From: Pseudomonadota bacterium
Lineage (GTDB): Bacteria; Pseudomonadota; Gammaproteobacteria; Burkholderiales; Burkholderiaceae_E
DNA length: 64,000 nucleotides
NCBI GenBank assembly: GCA_039800205.1
Contig: JBDLRB010000049.1
Span: forward strand, 6,464-70,463
Direction: 5' to 3'
The stretch's first letter is position 1. Every line of letters begins with the position of its first letter. Both the position numbers and the translations under genes were made by a program. Below the pieces are notes generated by a model, which saw nothing but the letters and a program-made list of their open reading frames with translations, made no database searches and was not told the origin of the DNA. Of the stretch, positions 38,038 to 47,538 are shown one piece after another.

Positions 38038-39168
38038 ATGCGCGAAGAAGATCCGGGCGCGCGCGCACAAGGGACGGCATTCGCCGAACGGATCATCCGA
38101 TGGCAGCGAATCGAGGGGCGCCACGACCTGCCCTGGCAGGGAACACGGGACCCGTACCGGATCTGGCTGTCCGAGATCATGCTCCAGCAGACGCAGGTCA
38201 CGACTGTTCTCGATTACTACCCGAGATTTCTCGAGCGTTTTCCGGATCTGGCGGCCCTGGCGGCTGCGCCCCTCGAGGCCGTTCTGGAACGTTGGAGCGG
38301 ACTGGGCTACTACAGCCGCGCACGCCATCTCCATCGATGCGCTCGCCTGCTGATGGACGAGCGGGGCGGACTATTTCCGACCGATGAAACGGCCCTGGCG
38401 ATGCTTCCGGGCATCGGTCCCTCGACTGCTGCGGCCATTGCCGTGTTTGCCTTCGGTCGACGCGCGGCGATCCTCGACGGCAATGTCAAGCGTGTGCTGT
38501 GTCGGGTACACGGGATCGTTGAGGATCCCGGGCGCGGCGAGGTCGAGCGCCGACTCTGGGCCCGGGCCCGCGCAGCGCTCCCGGATCGCGATCTCGAGGC
38601 CTACACGCAGGGCTTGATGGATCTCGGCGCGACCGTGTGTGTGCGCAGGCACCCGGCGTGCAGCCGTTGCCCGGTTGGGGCGATCTGCGAGGTGGGGCGC
38701 AGCGGCCAGTGGGACCGCATACCGGCACCCCGGGCGCGCGCGTCCCTGGCCGATCGCGAGATCGCCTGGCTGGTTCTCATTGACACCGACCGGGTACTGG
38801 TCGAGGAGCGGCCGGGACAGGGGATCTGGGGTGGGCTGCTGAGCCTGCCCGAGTTCGACCCGGAATCACCCGGCCTGCTGGCCGAACGGATCGAGCGCCG
38901 TCTGGGCCTGGTCCCGCACGGGCTCTGCCCGCTTCCATCGGTGCGTCATTCGTTCACGCATTTCCGCTTGATCGCGCAGCCCTGGTTAGCGCGCGTGGAC
39001 CACGCGGCGCACTGCGTCGCGCAGACGCCCCCCGATCCGGCAGGCCGAACGCTGCGCTGGTTGCCTTTTGACGCGATCGCTTCGGCGGCCTTGCCCCGCC
39101 CGGTCAAGCAGCTGCTTGTCCAGCGCGAGGCCTGGCCTGCGCTCGACCTGCCGCAGGCACGAAAATGA
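38038..39168 (+). CDS. mutY: A/G-specific adenine DNA glycosylase
   Basis: HhH-GPD region (GLGYYSRARHLH, LPGIGPSTAAAI). [4Fe-4S] loop CVRRHPACSRCPVGAIC. C-terminal NUDIX-like domain. Confidence 0.9.
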   Translation: MREEDPGARAQGTAFAERIIRWQRIEGRHDLPWQGTRDPYRIWLSEIMLQQTQVTTVLDYYPRFLERFPDLAALAAAPLEAVLERWSGLGYYSRARHLHRCARLLMDERGGLFPTDETALAMLPGIGPSTAAAIAVFAFGRRAAILDGNVKRVLCRVHGIVEDPGRGEVERRLWARARAALPDRDLEAYTQGLMDLGATVCVRRHPACSRCPVGAICEVGRSGQWDRIPAPRARASLADREIAWLVLIDTDRVLVEERPGQGIWGGLLSLPEFDPESPGLLAERIERRLGLVPHGLCPLPSVRHSFTHFRLIAQPWLARVDHAAHCVAQTPPDPAGRTLRWLPFDAIASAALPRPVKQLLVQREAWPALDLPQARK

Positions 39169-39870
39169 TCAATCGTTCAGCGGATCGCCGGCGCCTGGCG
39201 GATCGGATCCCTCGGGACTCAGCATCGCCGCGATTTGGCTCAGCCGGTCGATTGGATCGGTGAGGCTCATCAGTTCCTGACGGACGGCCGCGCTGAGGGG
39301 AAGCAGTTCGCTCAGCCTGTTCGCAACCCACCCGCAATCCTGCATGCGCAGTGGCTCGGCCAGTACATTGACGAACGCGTCGCCGAGCTTTTTTCTCAGG
39401 TCCTGGACGATCGCTTCCATCAGTTCGACGCACACGGACAGCGCCGGAGGGATGGCCATGATCGGGTCGGGCGCAAGGGTGCGAATCGTGCCGACCAGCA
39501 GGCCGTCCTTGCGCAGCGTCCGGTGCAGGACCTCGAAGCGCTCGTGGCCGACCGTTCTCAGTTGCAATACACCGCCCGCGTCCATATCGAAATCCACGAT
39601 TCGAGCCGAGCAGCCGATCGAATGGTGTTCAGCGGGTGTGCCGACTTCGCCGCCCCGCGTGATGAGGCATACGCCAAACGGGCTGTCCTGGGCCATGCAT
39701 CGCCTGACCATATCGAGATAGCGGGTCTCGAAAATCCGAAGGGGCAGGACACCGTCCGGAAACAGTACGGTCCCCAGCGGGAAAAGAGGGAACTCGGCGC
39801 ATCCGTCGCCTGAGGCGGTCGGCAACACGCGAGCGGGATCCGGGCTGGGGTTCACGGGCGTGCCGGCCAC
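39169..39870 (-). CDS. LON peptidase substrate-binding (N-terminal) domain protein
   Basis: LFPLGTVLFPDGVLPLRIFETRY is the typical LON N-domain start. GTG start abuts the rapZ stop. Confidence 0.7.
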   Translation of the reverse strand: MAGTPVNPSPDPARVLPTASGDGCAEFPLFPLGTVLFPDGVLPLRIFETRYLDMVRRCMAQDSPFGVCLITRGGEVGTPAEHHSIGCSARIVDFDMDAGGVLQLRTVGHERFEVLHRTLRKDGLLVGTIRTLAPDPIMAIPPALSVCVELMEAIVQDLRKKLGDAFVNVLAEPLRMQDCGWVANRLSELLPLSAAVRQELMSLTDPIDRLSQIAAMLSPEGSDPPGAGDPLND

Positions 39871-40758
39871 TCAAGCCGCCTGGGCCGGGAGTCGGCTCTG
39901 CGTTGCAAGCGATCGGTGACGGGTCAGGACCCGGTCGGTCGATCCGAAGCGGCGTGCAAGACGTTCGACACAGAATACCGAGCGATGCTGGCCCCCGGTA
40001 CAGCCGATGGCAACCGTCAGATAACTCCGGTTGTCCAGGATGTAGTGCGGCAGCCAGTCTTCGAGGAATCGAGCGATGTCATCGACCATCCGGGCAGCGG
40101 CAGGGATGGCGTCGAGGAAAGCGGCCACCGGCGGGTCGAGTCCGGTGAGCGGCCGAAGGGCCGGTTCGTAATAAGGATTGGGCAGGCAGCGCACGTCGAA
40201 GACGAGATCGGCATCCAGCGGCACGCCGGACTTGTAGGCGAAGGATTCGAAGAGAAGGGTCAGCGCAGCTCGGTCTGATCCGACCAGTTCCCGGACCCAT
40301 TTGCGGAGCACGTTGGGATGGAGGTCGCTGGTATCGATCGACACCCCCAGCCCGTCCAGAGCCGACAGCAGGTCGCGTTCGCGCTCGATCGATTCGAGCA
40401 GGGTGCCGATTGCTTCGCCCCCAACGGGTTGTGCGGGTGAGAGCGGATGGCGACGCCGGGTCTCGGAGTAGCGCTGAACCAGCGATTCGGTCCGCGCATT
40501 GAGAAAGAGAACCTTGACGTCATGCCCCAAGCGCGTGAGGCCGTGCGTGATGGCCCGCAATTCCGACAAGGACTCGCCGCCGCGCGCATCAATGGCAACC
40601 GCGACCCGATCGGGTCCCGTCTCGCCCAGGTGGCCGATCACATCCTGCAGAAAACGGATCGGCAGGTTATCGATGCAGTAATAGCCATCGTCTTCGAGGA
40701 CCTTCAGGGCAATCGACTTGCCCGAGCCCGACATGCCGGTGATGAGAATGACGCGCAT
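39871..40758 (-). CDS. rapZ: RNase adapter protein RapZ
   Basis: Motifs ITGMSGSGKSIALKVLEDDGYYCIDNLP and C-terminal GCTGGQHRSV. Confidence 0.9.
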   Translation of the reverse strand: MRVILITGMSGSGKSIALKVLEDDGYYCIDNLPIRFLQDVIGHLGETGPDRVAVAIDARGGESLSELRAITHGLTRLGHDVKVLFLNARTESLVQRYSETRRRHPLSPAQPVGGEAIGTLLESIERERDLLSALDGLGVSIDTSDLHPNVLRKWVRELVGSDRAALTLLFESFAYKSGVPLDADLVFDVRCLPNPYYEPALRPLTGLDPPVAAFLDAIPAAARMVDDIARFLEDWLPHYILDNRSYLTVAIGCTGGQHRSVFCVERLARRFGSTDRVLTRHRSLATQSRLPAQAA

Positions 40759-40787
40759 AGATTTCGATCCTAGCCGAAAAGGCCCCT

Positions 40788-41726
40788 CTAGATCATCGGG
40801 TCGTCAGATTCGATCAACTGGCGTTGGCGGGCGATGAAGTCGCCCATCGTGTCAAAGCCCCGGAGTTGCAATACGGTGCTCCGAACGGCGGCCTCGGTCA
40901 GCACCGCGAGGTTGCGCCCGGCCGCAACCGGAATGACGACCTTGCGAATGGCGACACCCAGCACGTCCTGCGTCAGGGCTTCCAGCGGCAGTCGCTGGTA
41001 CTCGCTGTCGATCGCGCTGCGCTTGACGAGGTGAACGATCAGTTTGAGTTTCATCTTCGGGCGGATCGCGGTTTCGCCGAAGATGGCTCGAATGTCGAGC
41101 AGGCCCAGGCCCCGGACCTCGAGCAGGTTGCGGAGCAAGGGCGGGCAGCGACCCTCGACCGTGTGCGGCGCGATGCGGCTGAAGTCCACCACATCATCGG
41201 CGACCAGTCCGTGCCCGCGGCTGATCAGTTCCAGTGCAAGCTCACTCTTGCCCAGACCCGACTCGCCAGAGATCAGTACCCCCATGCCCAGTACGTCCAT
41301 CAGGACGCCGTGCATCTGGCAGGATTCGGCCGCCGCCTTCCCGAGATAGATCCGCAGGGTGTCGATGACCCGGGCCGCTGACAGGGGACTGACGATGATG
41401 GGCAGCCGATGGGCGCAGGAGTGCTCAAGGAGCGCCTGGGGCGGCTGCTGGTCCTCGGCCAGGATGACGGCAGGGGGGTTGCCCGCGATCAGTTCAGCGA
41501 GGATTTCGGCTTGTCGACCCGGCCCCTGGCGCTTCAGGTATTCGATTTCCGCGACGCCCAGGACCTGGAGTCGATTGGGGTGGATCAGGTTCAGGTGGCC
41601 GATCAGCTCGGACGGTTCGGCCACGGTCTGTGCCACAGCCCGCCGGGCGCCGGCCTCGCCACACAACCATCGCAGGCCCAGCTCGGCGGCGTTATGTTCG
41701 ACCAGCGCTTCGACGGTGACTGACAC
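40788..41726 (-). CDS. hprK: HPr kinase/phosphorylase
   Basis: P-loop GESGLGKSELALELISRGHGLVADD. 312 aa. Confidence 0.9.
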   Translation of the reverse strand: MSVTVEALVEHNAAELGLRWLCGEAGARRAVAQTVAEPSELIGHLNLIHPNRLQVLGVAEIEYLKRQGPGRQAEILAELIAGNPPAVILAEDQQPPQALLEHSCAHRLPIIVSPLSAARVIDTLRIYLGKAAAESCQMHGVLMDVLGMGVLISGESGLGKSELALELISRGHGLVADDVVDFSRIAPHTVEGRCPPLLRNLLEVRGLGLLDIRAIFGETAIRPKMKLKLIVHLVKRSAIDSEYQRLPLEALTQDVLGVAIRKVVIPVAAGRNLAVLTEAAVRSTVLQLRGFDTMGDFIARQRQLIESDDPMI

Positions 41727-41741
41727 GGCAACGGGCCCCGG

Positions 41742-42212
41742 TCAGGCGGCGGGCCTGCAGGGTTCCCAGAGCATCAGCTGGTCGTGGATCCGAAACGATT
41801 GCGGCTCGTTCGCCAGCACCGCCCGCATGGTCGGATCAGACAAGAGCTCAGCGACCTCTGAGAGGATCTCCAGGTGTTCGTCGGTCGCGTGTTCGGGCAC
41901 CAGCAGGAACACCAGCAGGTTGACCGGCTTGCCGTCGGGCGCATCAAAGGGAATCGGCGTTGCGAGTCGGACCAGCGCGGCGTGGGCCTCGCGCAGCCCC
42001 TTGATTCGGCCGTGCGGGATCGCAACCCCCTCGCCCAGACCGGTGGAGCCCAGGCGTTCCCGAGCAAACAGGGAGTCGAAGACCCGGCCCCGCTCGATGC
42101 CGTGGAGGTTCTCGAACAACAGGCCAATCTGCTCAAACAGACGCTTCTTGCTGGTCACCGACAGATCGACGATGACCTTTTCAGGGCTGAGGAGGCGAGT
42201 CAGACGGCTCAT
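41742..42212 (-). CDS. ptsN: PTS IIA-like nitrogen regulatory protein PtsN
   Basis: Phosphorylatable His context GVAIPHGR. 156 aa. Sits downstream of rpoN. Confidence 0.85.
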   Translation of the reverse strand: MSRLTRLLSPEKVIVDLSVTSKKRLFEQIGLLFENLHGIERGRVFDSLFARERLGSTGLGEGVAIPHGRIKGLREAHAALVRLATPIPFDAPDGKPVNLLVFLLVPEHATDEHLEILSEVAELLSDPTMRAVLANEPQSFRIHDQLMLWEPCRPAA

Positions 42213-42301
42213 GGGTGATTCCCCGACGCAGGCGTGGTGCAGTGCGGCATGTCAGTCACAACCGCGCAGAACACTAGTTTCGTCCCGTAAAAAGTGGCGC
42301 G

Positions 42302-42329
42302 ATTATAGCGCCGGCGCCCTGCTTGTCGA
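42302..42329 (-). promoter_or_regulatory. candidate sigma-70 promoter for ptsN-hprK-rapZ (TCGACA-16 nt-TATAAT)
   Basis: Minus strand has TCGACA (42329-42324), a 16-nt spacer, then a perfect TATAAT (42307-42302). This lies about 90 nt upstream of the ptsN ATG. Confidence 0.35.
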
Positions 42330-42413
42330 ACGGTGTTGCTGCGCTGCGGGGGCATTGTCCTGGCCGCAAACCTGGGGCGGCGCCCCGCCGAAGGCGGATC
42401 GGGCGAGCCGGTC

Positions 42414-43937
42414 TCATAGCGTGCGTCGCTGGGCAACCGCTGGAATACGCAGGGATTCGCGGTATTTTGCGACCGTTCGGCGGGCCACGACAAAACCCTG
42501 ATCGCCCAGCAGTTCGGCGATCCGGCTATCCGACAAAGGCCGTCTGGAATTCTCGGCGCTGATCAACTGCTTGATCAGGGCGCGCATCGCAGTGCTCGAG
42601 GCCGCACCGCCGCTCTCAGTGGCCACATGACTGCCGAAAAAGTACTTCAGCTCCAGGGTGCCGTGCGGCGTCAGCATGAATTTCTGGGTGGTGACGCGCG
42701 AGATGGTCGATTCGTGCAGTCCCAGCGTATCGGCGATTTCCCTCAGTACCAGGGGGCGCATGGCCACCGCCCCATGGGAAAAAAACCCGCGCTGCCGTTC
42801 GACAATCGCCTGTGAAACCCGCAGGATGGTTTCAAAGCGCTGAGCGACGTTCTTGACCAGCCAGCGCGCTTCCTGGAGGGCTCCGGTCAGGTTGCTGCCG
42901 CCCGAACTCCGGTGAGCCCGTAGCAAGCCGGCATAGTGGGCGTTGATGCGAAGCTGGGGGACGACGTCCGGATTGAGCGCGGCCTGCCAGCCGTTTCGGG
43001 TGCGCCTCACGATCACGTCGGGGGTCACGTACTGAGTGGTGGGTGGGGCATGACGTGCGCCCGGCCTGGGGTCCAGTGACCGGATCAGCGCCCCTGCAGC
43101 CTTGAGTGGACCTTCCTCGCAGTTCAATACGCGTTTGAGCTTGCCGAAGTCTCGTGCGGCCAGCAGGTCGAGGTGTTCGTCAACGATTCGCCAGGCGAGG
43201 CCGCTGACCGGATCTGCGCGGTCGCTTCGGCGTGCCAACTGCAGGAGGAGGCATTCCCGCAGATCGCGCGCCGCGACGCCTGCGGGGTCGAAGCTCTGGA
43301 GCAGCTTCAGCGCAGCGGCGACCTCTTCGGGTTCGATCTCGAGCGACTCCGGCAGCGCCGAACGGAATTCGTCGAGAGGGGTCTCCAGCATGCCGCTGTC
43401 ACTGAGCTCATCGATCAACAAGGTGACCAGCGCCCGGTCACGCTGAGAAACCCGGGTGGCCGCAAGCTGGCTGCGCAAGTGTTCAACCAGTGAGCCCAGA
43501 TGGACGCTCAGCTGCGGGGCGCCCGAGTCGTCGTCGCCGTCATCGCCGGTGCCGCGTGAGCCGGGATCACCGGACCAGTCTTGCACCCCTCGATCGTCGT
43601 GATCGTCGAAAGGACCCTCTGCAGGATCGAATTCGCCCCCGCTTTCAGGCCGCTCGGGGCCCTCCCCTTCGGAGGAGGAGGCGACGGGCCCGCTGGCCGG
43701 CTCGAGCGCCGCTTGCGAAAGCGCGGAGGGGGTTTGCTCGTAGCGGCCGTCCGCGCCGATCCGGACGGCGCTGTCCATCGGGTCGTCGGTGCGCTCAAGG
43801 AGTGGGTTGTCGGCCAGCGCCTGCTCGATCTCCTGGTTCAGCTCGAGCGTCGACAGCTGCAGCAATCGGATCGACTGCTGCAGTTGCGGGGTCAGCGCCA
43901 GGTGCTGACCCAGTTTGAGCTGGAGAGAGGGCTTCAT
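42414..43937 (-). CDS. rpoN: RNA polymerase sigma-54
   Basis: N-terminal Gln/Leu-rich region I ([15 protein letters not shown]). C-terminal RpoN box ARRTVAKYR. Confidence 0.95.
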   Translation of the reverse strand: MKPSLQLKLGQHLALTPQLQQSIRLLQLSTLELNQEIEQALADNPLLERTDDPMDSAVRIGADGRYEQTPSALSQAALEPASGPVASSSEGEGPERPESGGEFDPAEGPFDDHDDRGVQDWSGDPGSRGTGDDGDDDSGAPQLSVHLGSLVEHLRSQLAATRVSQRDRALVTLLIDELSDSGMLETPLDEFRSALPESLEIEPEEVAAALKLLQSFDPAGVAARDLRECLLLQLARRSDRADPVSGLAWRIVDEHLDLLAARDFGKLKRVLNCEEGPLKAAGALIRSLDPRPGARHAPPTTQYVTPDVIVRRTRNGWQAALNPDVVPQLRINAHYAGLLRAHRSSGGSNLTGALQEARWLVKNVAQRFETILRVSQAIVERQRGFFSHGAVAMRPLVLREIADTLGLHESTISRVTTQKFMLTPHGTLELKYFFGSHVATESGGAASSTAMRALIKQLISAENSRRPLSDSRIAELLGDQGFVVARRTVAKYRESLRIPAVAQRRTL

Positions 43938-43970
43938 CAGGGACTGCTCCGGTTGCCCGACCGGTACCGA

Positions 43971-44762
43971 TCACATCGAGAAATGCTCACCAAGATAGTA
44001 GCGGCGCACGTCATCATTCTGGACAATCTCGTCCGGGCGCCCGAAAGCAAGAACGGTACCATCTCGAATGATATAGGCCCTGTCGCAAATGCCAAGTGTT
44101 TCTCTGACATTGTGGTCGGTGATCAACACTCCGATCCCGCGTTCCTTGAGGAAGCGCACGATGCGCTGGATCTCGATGACCGCGATCGGGTCCACGCCGG
44201 CGAAGGGTTCGTCGAGCAGGATGAAGCGGGGAGAACTGGCCAGGGCACGCGCAATTTCCACGCGCCGGCGCTCGCCACCCGAGAGTGACAACGCAGTGTT
44301 GTCCCGGATGTGACCGATCTGCAGATCGGTCAGCAGCGATTCAAGGCGCTCGCCGATCACTTTGGCGCTGAGCGGGCGGTTCTGCTCATCGCGCTGCAGT
44401 TCGAGCACGGCCTGGATGTTCTGTTCGACGCTCAGCTTGCGAAAGACCGATGCCTCCTGAGGCAGATAGGACACACCGAGGCGCGCGCGGCGATGGATGG
44501 GCAGGCGGCTGATCGCCTGCTGATCGAGTTCGATGGTGCCGTCATCGCTCGAAACGAGCCCCACGATCATGTAGAAGCAGGTTGTCTTGCCTGCGCCGTT
44601 GGGTCCGAGGAGCCCCACGACCTGACCACTTTCGACCTCGATCGAGACATCCTTTACCACGGCACGGCCGTGGTAAACCTTGCGCAGATGTCGCGCGGAC
44701 AGGCGACTGGCGGCCGTCGGCCGTTCGGGGTGTGAAGGCATCAGGAATGCGGCTCGTGTCAA
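43971..44762 (-). CDS. lptB: LPS export ABC transporter ATP-binding protein
   Basis: Walker [10 protein letters not shown] and signature [15 protein letters not shown]. In the conserved lptC-lptA-lptB-rpoN order. Confidence 0.9.
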   Translation of the reverse strand: MTRAAFLMPSHPERPTAASRLSARHLRKVYHGRAVVKDVSIEVESGQVVGLLGPNGAGKTTCFYMIVGLVSSDDGTIELDQQAISRLPIHRRARLGVSYLPQEASVFRKLSVEQNIQAVLELQRDEQNRPLSAKVIGERLESLLTDLQIGHIRDNTALSLSGGERRRVEIARALASSPRFILLDEPFAGVDPIAVIEIQRIVRFLKERGIGVLITDHNVRETLGICDRAYIIRDGTVLAFGRPDEIVQNDDVRRYYLGEHFSM

Positions 44763-45340
44763 CGGGCGGGCGGACGGGCGAGGGCCGGAGCGGGTTTTAA
44801 CGGGGCGGTCGCCGGGGCGGGCGGGTCGCCGCTGCGCTTGGGCTGGATCACGACCCGGACCCGTTCGCCGACGGGGCCGCTTTCAACCGTGTAGAACTCG
44901 CTTCGACCCTGGTAGACGATGCGCGTGCCGTGTACCTCGTCGGTCAGCTTTGCGCCTTGCAGGCGCCGAAGCGAGGCTTGACCCGTCAATGTGACCACCT
45001 CGGACTTGCCGTTGTAGTCGATGGTCTGACCTTCACCCTCGATAAATTCATCCACGCCATCGCGTTTTTGCCGGAAGCGGGCGGGCCGGCCTTCGGCCAG
45101 ACCGAATGAATTGCCCTCGGCGTCCTGGCGGACGACCAGACGATCCGCACGGATGCGGATCGTGCCCTGCGTCAGTTGCACGCGGCCACTGAAGGTATTG
45201 ACCTTGCGTGCATCGTCGTATTCCATGCGATCGGCTTCGACCTGAATCGGTTGATCGCGGTCCGCCCGTTCCGCCGCTGCGGTCAGGGGCATCAGCGCAA
45301 TCGCGCAGGTGATCAGAAAGGATGAGCGATGCGGAATCAT
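44759..45340 (-). CDS. lptA: LPS transport periplasmic protein LptA
   Basis: Signal peptide, then an OstA-like beta-jellyroll sequence ([13 protein letters not shown]). 4-nt overlaps with both neighbours. Confidence 0.8.
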   Translation of the reverse strand: MIPHRSSFLITCAIALMPLTAAAERADRDQPIQVEADRMEYDDARKVNTFSGRVQLTQGTIRIRADRLVVRQDAEGNSFGLAEGRPARFRQKRDGVDEFIEGEGQTIDYNGKSEVVTLTGQASLRRLQGAKLTDEVHGTRIVYQGRSEFYTVESGPVGERVRVVIQPKRSGDPPAPATAPLKPAPALARPPAR

Positions 45341-45933
45341 GGTGTGCGGGGCGCCGGTAAGAAGGTCGCTCGCACCTGACGGTCGACCGTCAGGATGCGG
45401 GTCCGATTATTGAATTCCATGCCCGTACCGGTCAACACGTCCGCACCGATTCGCACCACGACGGGCCGGTCGCTGCGTGCGATGTCATCATCGGGCAGGA
45501 TCTGGGCCTCTTCGGTCTCGATGGTCATGCGGGCGTCCTTGCCGTCGGCCTCACGATCGAGCAGCACGCCGCCCGTCAACAGGATATCGGAGCCCCCTGT
45601 GCCGGATCGGCCGGTTCGCGCCCGCACGCTGACGGTGGGCCGGTCCGTATCAAGACTCACCAGGACAGGCCGTTCGAGCACGGTCGAGTCGTCGCCCCGG
45701 AAATAGTCCAGACGTTCTGCGGTGAGCAGGAAGGCGGGCGTCCCATCTTTCCGGGTACGGTTGACCATCACCGATTCGGCGAAGGATTCCGGCCGGTCGC
45801 CGGGGTCTGCGCTCGGGGCGAGCCCGGGTGCTTGATCGGCGATCCGGGACAGATAAAGACTGCCCGCCGCGAGGGCCGTGCCGATCGCGATCGTCAACAA
45901 CGCCGACAGGCGATCTTCGCGCCGGGATGCCAT
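45337..45933 (-). CDS. lptC: LPS export system protein LptC
   Basis: Single N-terminal TM helix. 198 aa. Position is between kdsC and lptA. Confidence 0.7.
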   Translation of the reverse strand: MASRREDRLSALLTIAIGTALAAGSLYLSRIADQAPGLAPSADPGDRPESFAESVMVNRTRKDGTPAFLLTAERLDYFRGDDSTVLERPVLVSLDTDRPTVSVRARTGRSGTGGSDILLTGGVLLDREADGKDARMTIETEEAQILPDDDIARSDRPVVVRIGADVLTGTGMEFNNRTRILTVDRQVRATFLPAPRTP

Positions 45934-45936
45934 CGC

Positions 45937-46497
45937 TCAGTGCCAACCGTGGGTCAGACGACGGGCGAGCGCGGCCTCATATTGGCCCCGAGCCCGGAGC
46001 ACGAAATCAGCGAGTTCGCGGATGGCGCCGTGTCCGGCCCGGGCGTCGGACACCCAGTGTGCCCGGGATCGAACCTCGGGGTGCGCGTCGGCAACGCTGG
46101 CCGCAAAACCCGCGAGGGCAAAGGCCGTGAGATCGGGCCAGTCGTCACCGACGAAGCCCACTTCGTCGAGTGAAACGCCCTTGCGCATGGCCAGTTCGCG
46201 AAGCGCTTGCCCCTTATCGGCAACCCCCTGCAGCACCTCGTCGATACGTAACTCGGCGGCGCGTCGCTCGACGATCGTCGACTGCCGGGCGGTAATGATT
46301 GCGAGGCCGATTCCAGCCTCCCGCAGCAGGGTCAGACCGAGCCCGTCACGCACGTTGTAGGCTTTCATGGCCTCGCCCTGGGGGCCGATGTAAATGTGGC
46401 TGTCGGTCAGAGTGCCGTCCACATCAAGCGCCAGCCAACGCAAGGCGATCACGCGTTCGATGATGCGGGGATCGGTCGCGCGGTGGGGGCCGGCCAT
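45937..46497 (-). CDS. kdsC: 3-deoxy-D-manno-octulosonate 8-phosphate phosphatase
   Basis: HAD motif I LALDVDGTLTD and motif GFVGDDWPDL. Confidence 0.85.
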   Translation of the reverse strand: MAGPHRATDPRIIERVIALRWLALDVDGTLTDSHIYIGPQGEAMKAYNVRDGLGLTLLREAGIGLAIITARQSTIVERRAAELRIDEVLQGVADKGQALRELAMRKGVSLDEVGFVGDDWPDLTAFALAGFAASVADAHPEVRSRAHWVSDARAGHGAIRELADFVLRARGQYEAALARRLTHGWH

Positions 46498-46500
46498 GGG

Positions 46501-47526
46501 TCAGACCACGCGTGCAAGAAGCAGGTCATGCAAGTGAAGCGCGCCACACAAGTCGCCACGTTCATCCACGACCAGCAGGGCGCTGATGCGTCGCTCTTCC
46601 ATCAGCCGGACGGCCTCGGCGGCTAGCGCCGATGGCCCAATGGTCACGGGCGTGCGCGTGATGACCTCGCGCAGCGAGCGGGCTTCGATCGATCCACCGT
46701 TTTCGAGCATCCGGCGCAAATCGCCATCCGTGAAGACGCCGACGAGTCGGCCATCAGCGGATTCGATCGCTGTCATCCCCATGCGTTTACGGGTGATCTC
46801 GAGGATCGCTTCAGGCAGGCTGACGTCCAGGCCGACGCGGGGCAGCGCATCGCCGACCCGCATGACATCGGCCACCCGGGTCAGCAACTTGCGTCCCAGT
46901 GCTCCGCCGGGGTGCGATCGGGCAAAGTCCTCGGGCCCGAACCCCCGTGCCTCAAGGAGGGCCACAGCGAGCGCGTCTCCGAGCGCCAGGCTGGCCGTTG
47001 TACTGGCCGTGGGCGCCAGATTCAGCGAACAGGCTTCGCGCTCGACCCGGGCGTCAAGGTGCACGTCCGCGAGCAGGGCGAGGCTCGACTGCGGGTGACC
47101 TGTAATCGCGATCAGAACGGTACCCTGACGCTTGATCAGCGGAACGATCTGAAGCAACTCGTCGGTGGTTCCCGAGTTGGAGAGCGCGATGAAGACGTCG
47201 TCCTGGGTGACCATGCCCAGATCGCCGTGGCTCGCCTCGGCCGGATGCATGAAAAATGCCGGGGTGCCGGTTGATGCGAGTGTGGCGGCGATCTTGCCGC
47301 CGATATGGCCCGATTTGCCCATGCCACTGACCACCACCCGGCCCGTGCACGCGAGCATCAGTTCGCAGGCCCGCGCGAACGCGGTGCCCAGAGCATCCCG
47401 CACACGAATAACGGCCTGGGCTTCGATTTCGAGCACCTGTCGGCCGCGCGCAATCAGCGCTGCGTGGCGCTCAGCGTCCGCGGGCGTCCGGTCGCCCGAT
47501 AGAATGGATACGGTCGGTTCACTCAT
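46501..47526 (-). CDS. kdsD: arabinose 5-phosphate isomerase (KdsD/KpsF)
   Basis: SIS domain GMGKSGHIGGKIAATLASTGTPAFF, plus two C-terminal CBS repeats. Confidence 0.9.
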   Translation of the reverse strand: MSEPTVSILSGDRTPADAERHAALIARGRQVLEIEAQAVIRVRDALGTAFARACELMLACTGRVVVSGMGKSGHIGGKIAATLASTGTPAFFMHPAEASHGDLGMVTQDDVFIALSNSGTTDELLQIVPLIKRQGTVLIAITGHPQSSLALLADVHLDARVEREACSLNLAPTASTTASLALGDALAVALLEARGFGPEDFARSHPGGALGRKLLTRVADVMRVGDALPRVGLDVSLPEAILEITRKRMGMTAIESADGRLVGVFTDGDLRRMLENGGSIEARSLREVITRTPVTIGPSALAAEAVRLMEERRISALLVVDERGDLCGALHLHDLLLARVV

Positions 47527-47538
47527 TCGGCAAAGTAT

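Noticed and set aside
39166-39171. Abutting convergent stop codons of mutY and the LON-domain gene forming the palindrome TGATCA
   Set aside because: This is a trivial consequence of two convergent genes ending back to back. No hairpin or other signal surrounds it.
42209-42493. 94-aa minus-strand ORF filling the rpoN-ptsN gap, considered as a degenerate hpf
   Set aside because: It overlaps the rpoN 3' end in another frame and is Arg/Pro-rich. It has none of the Hpf/YfiA beta-alpha-beta-beta-beta-alpha sequence features.
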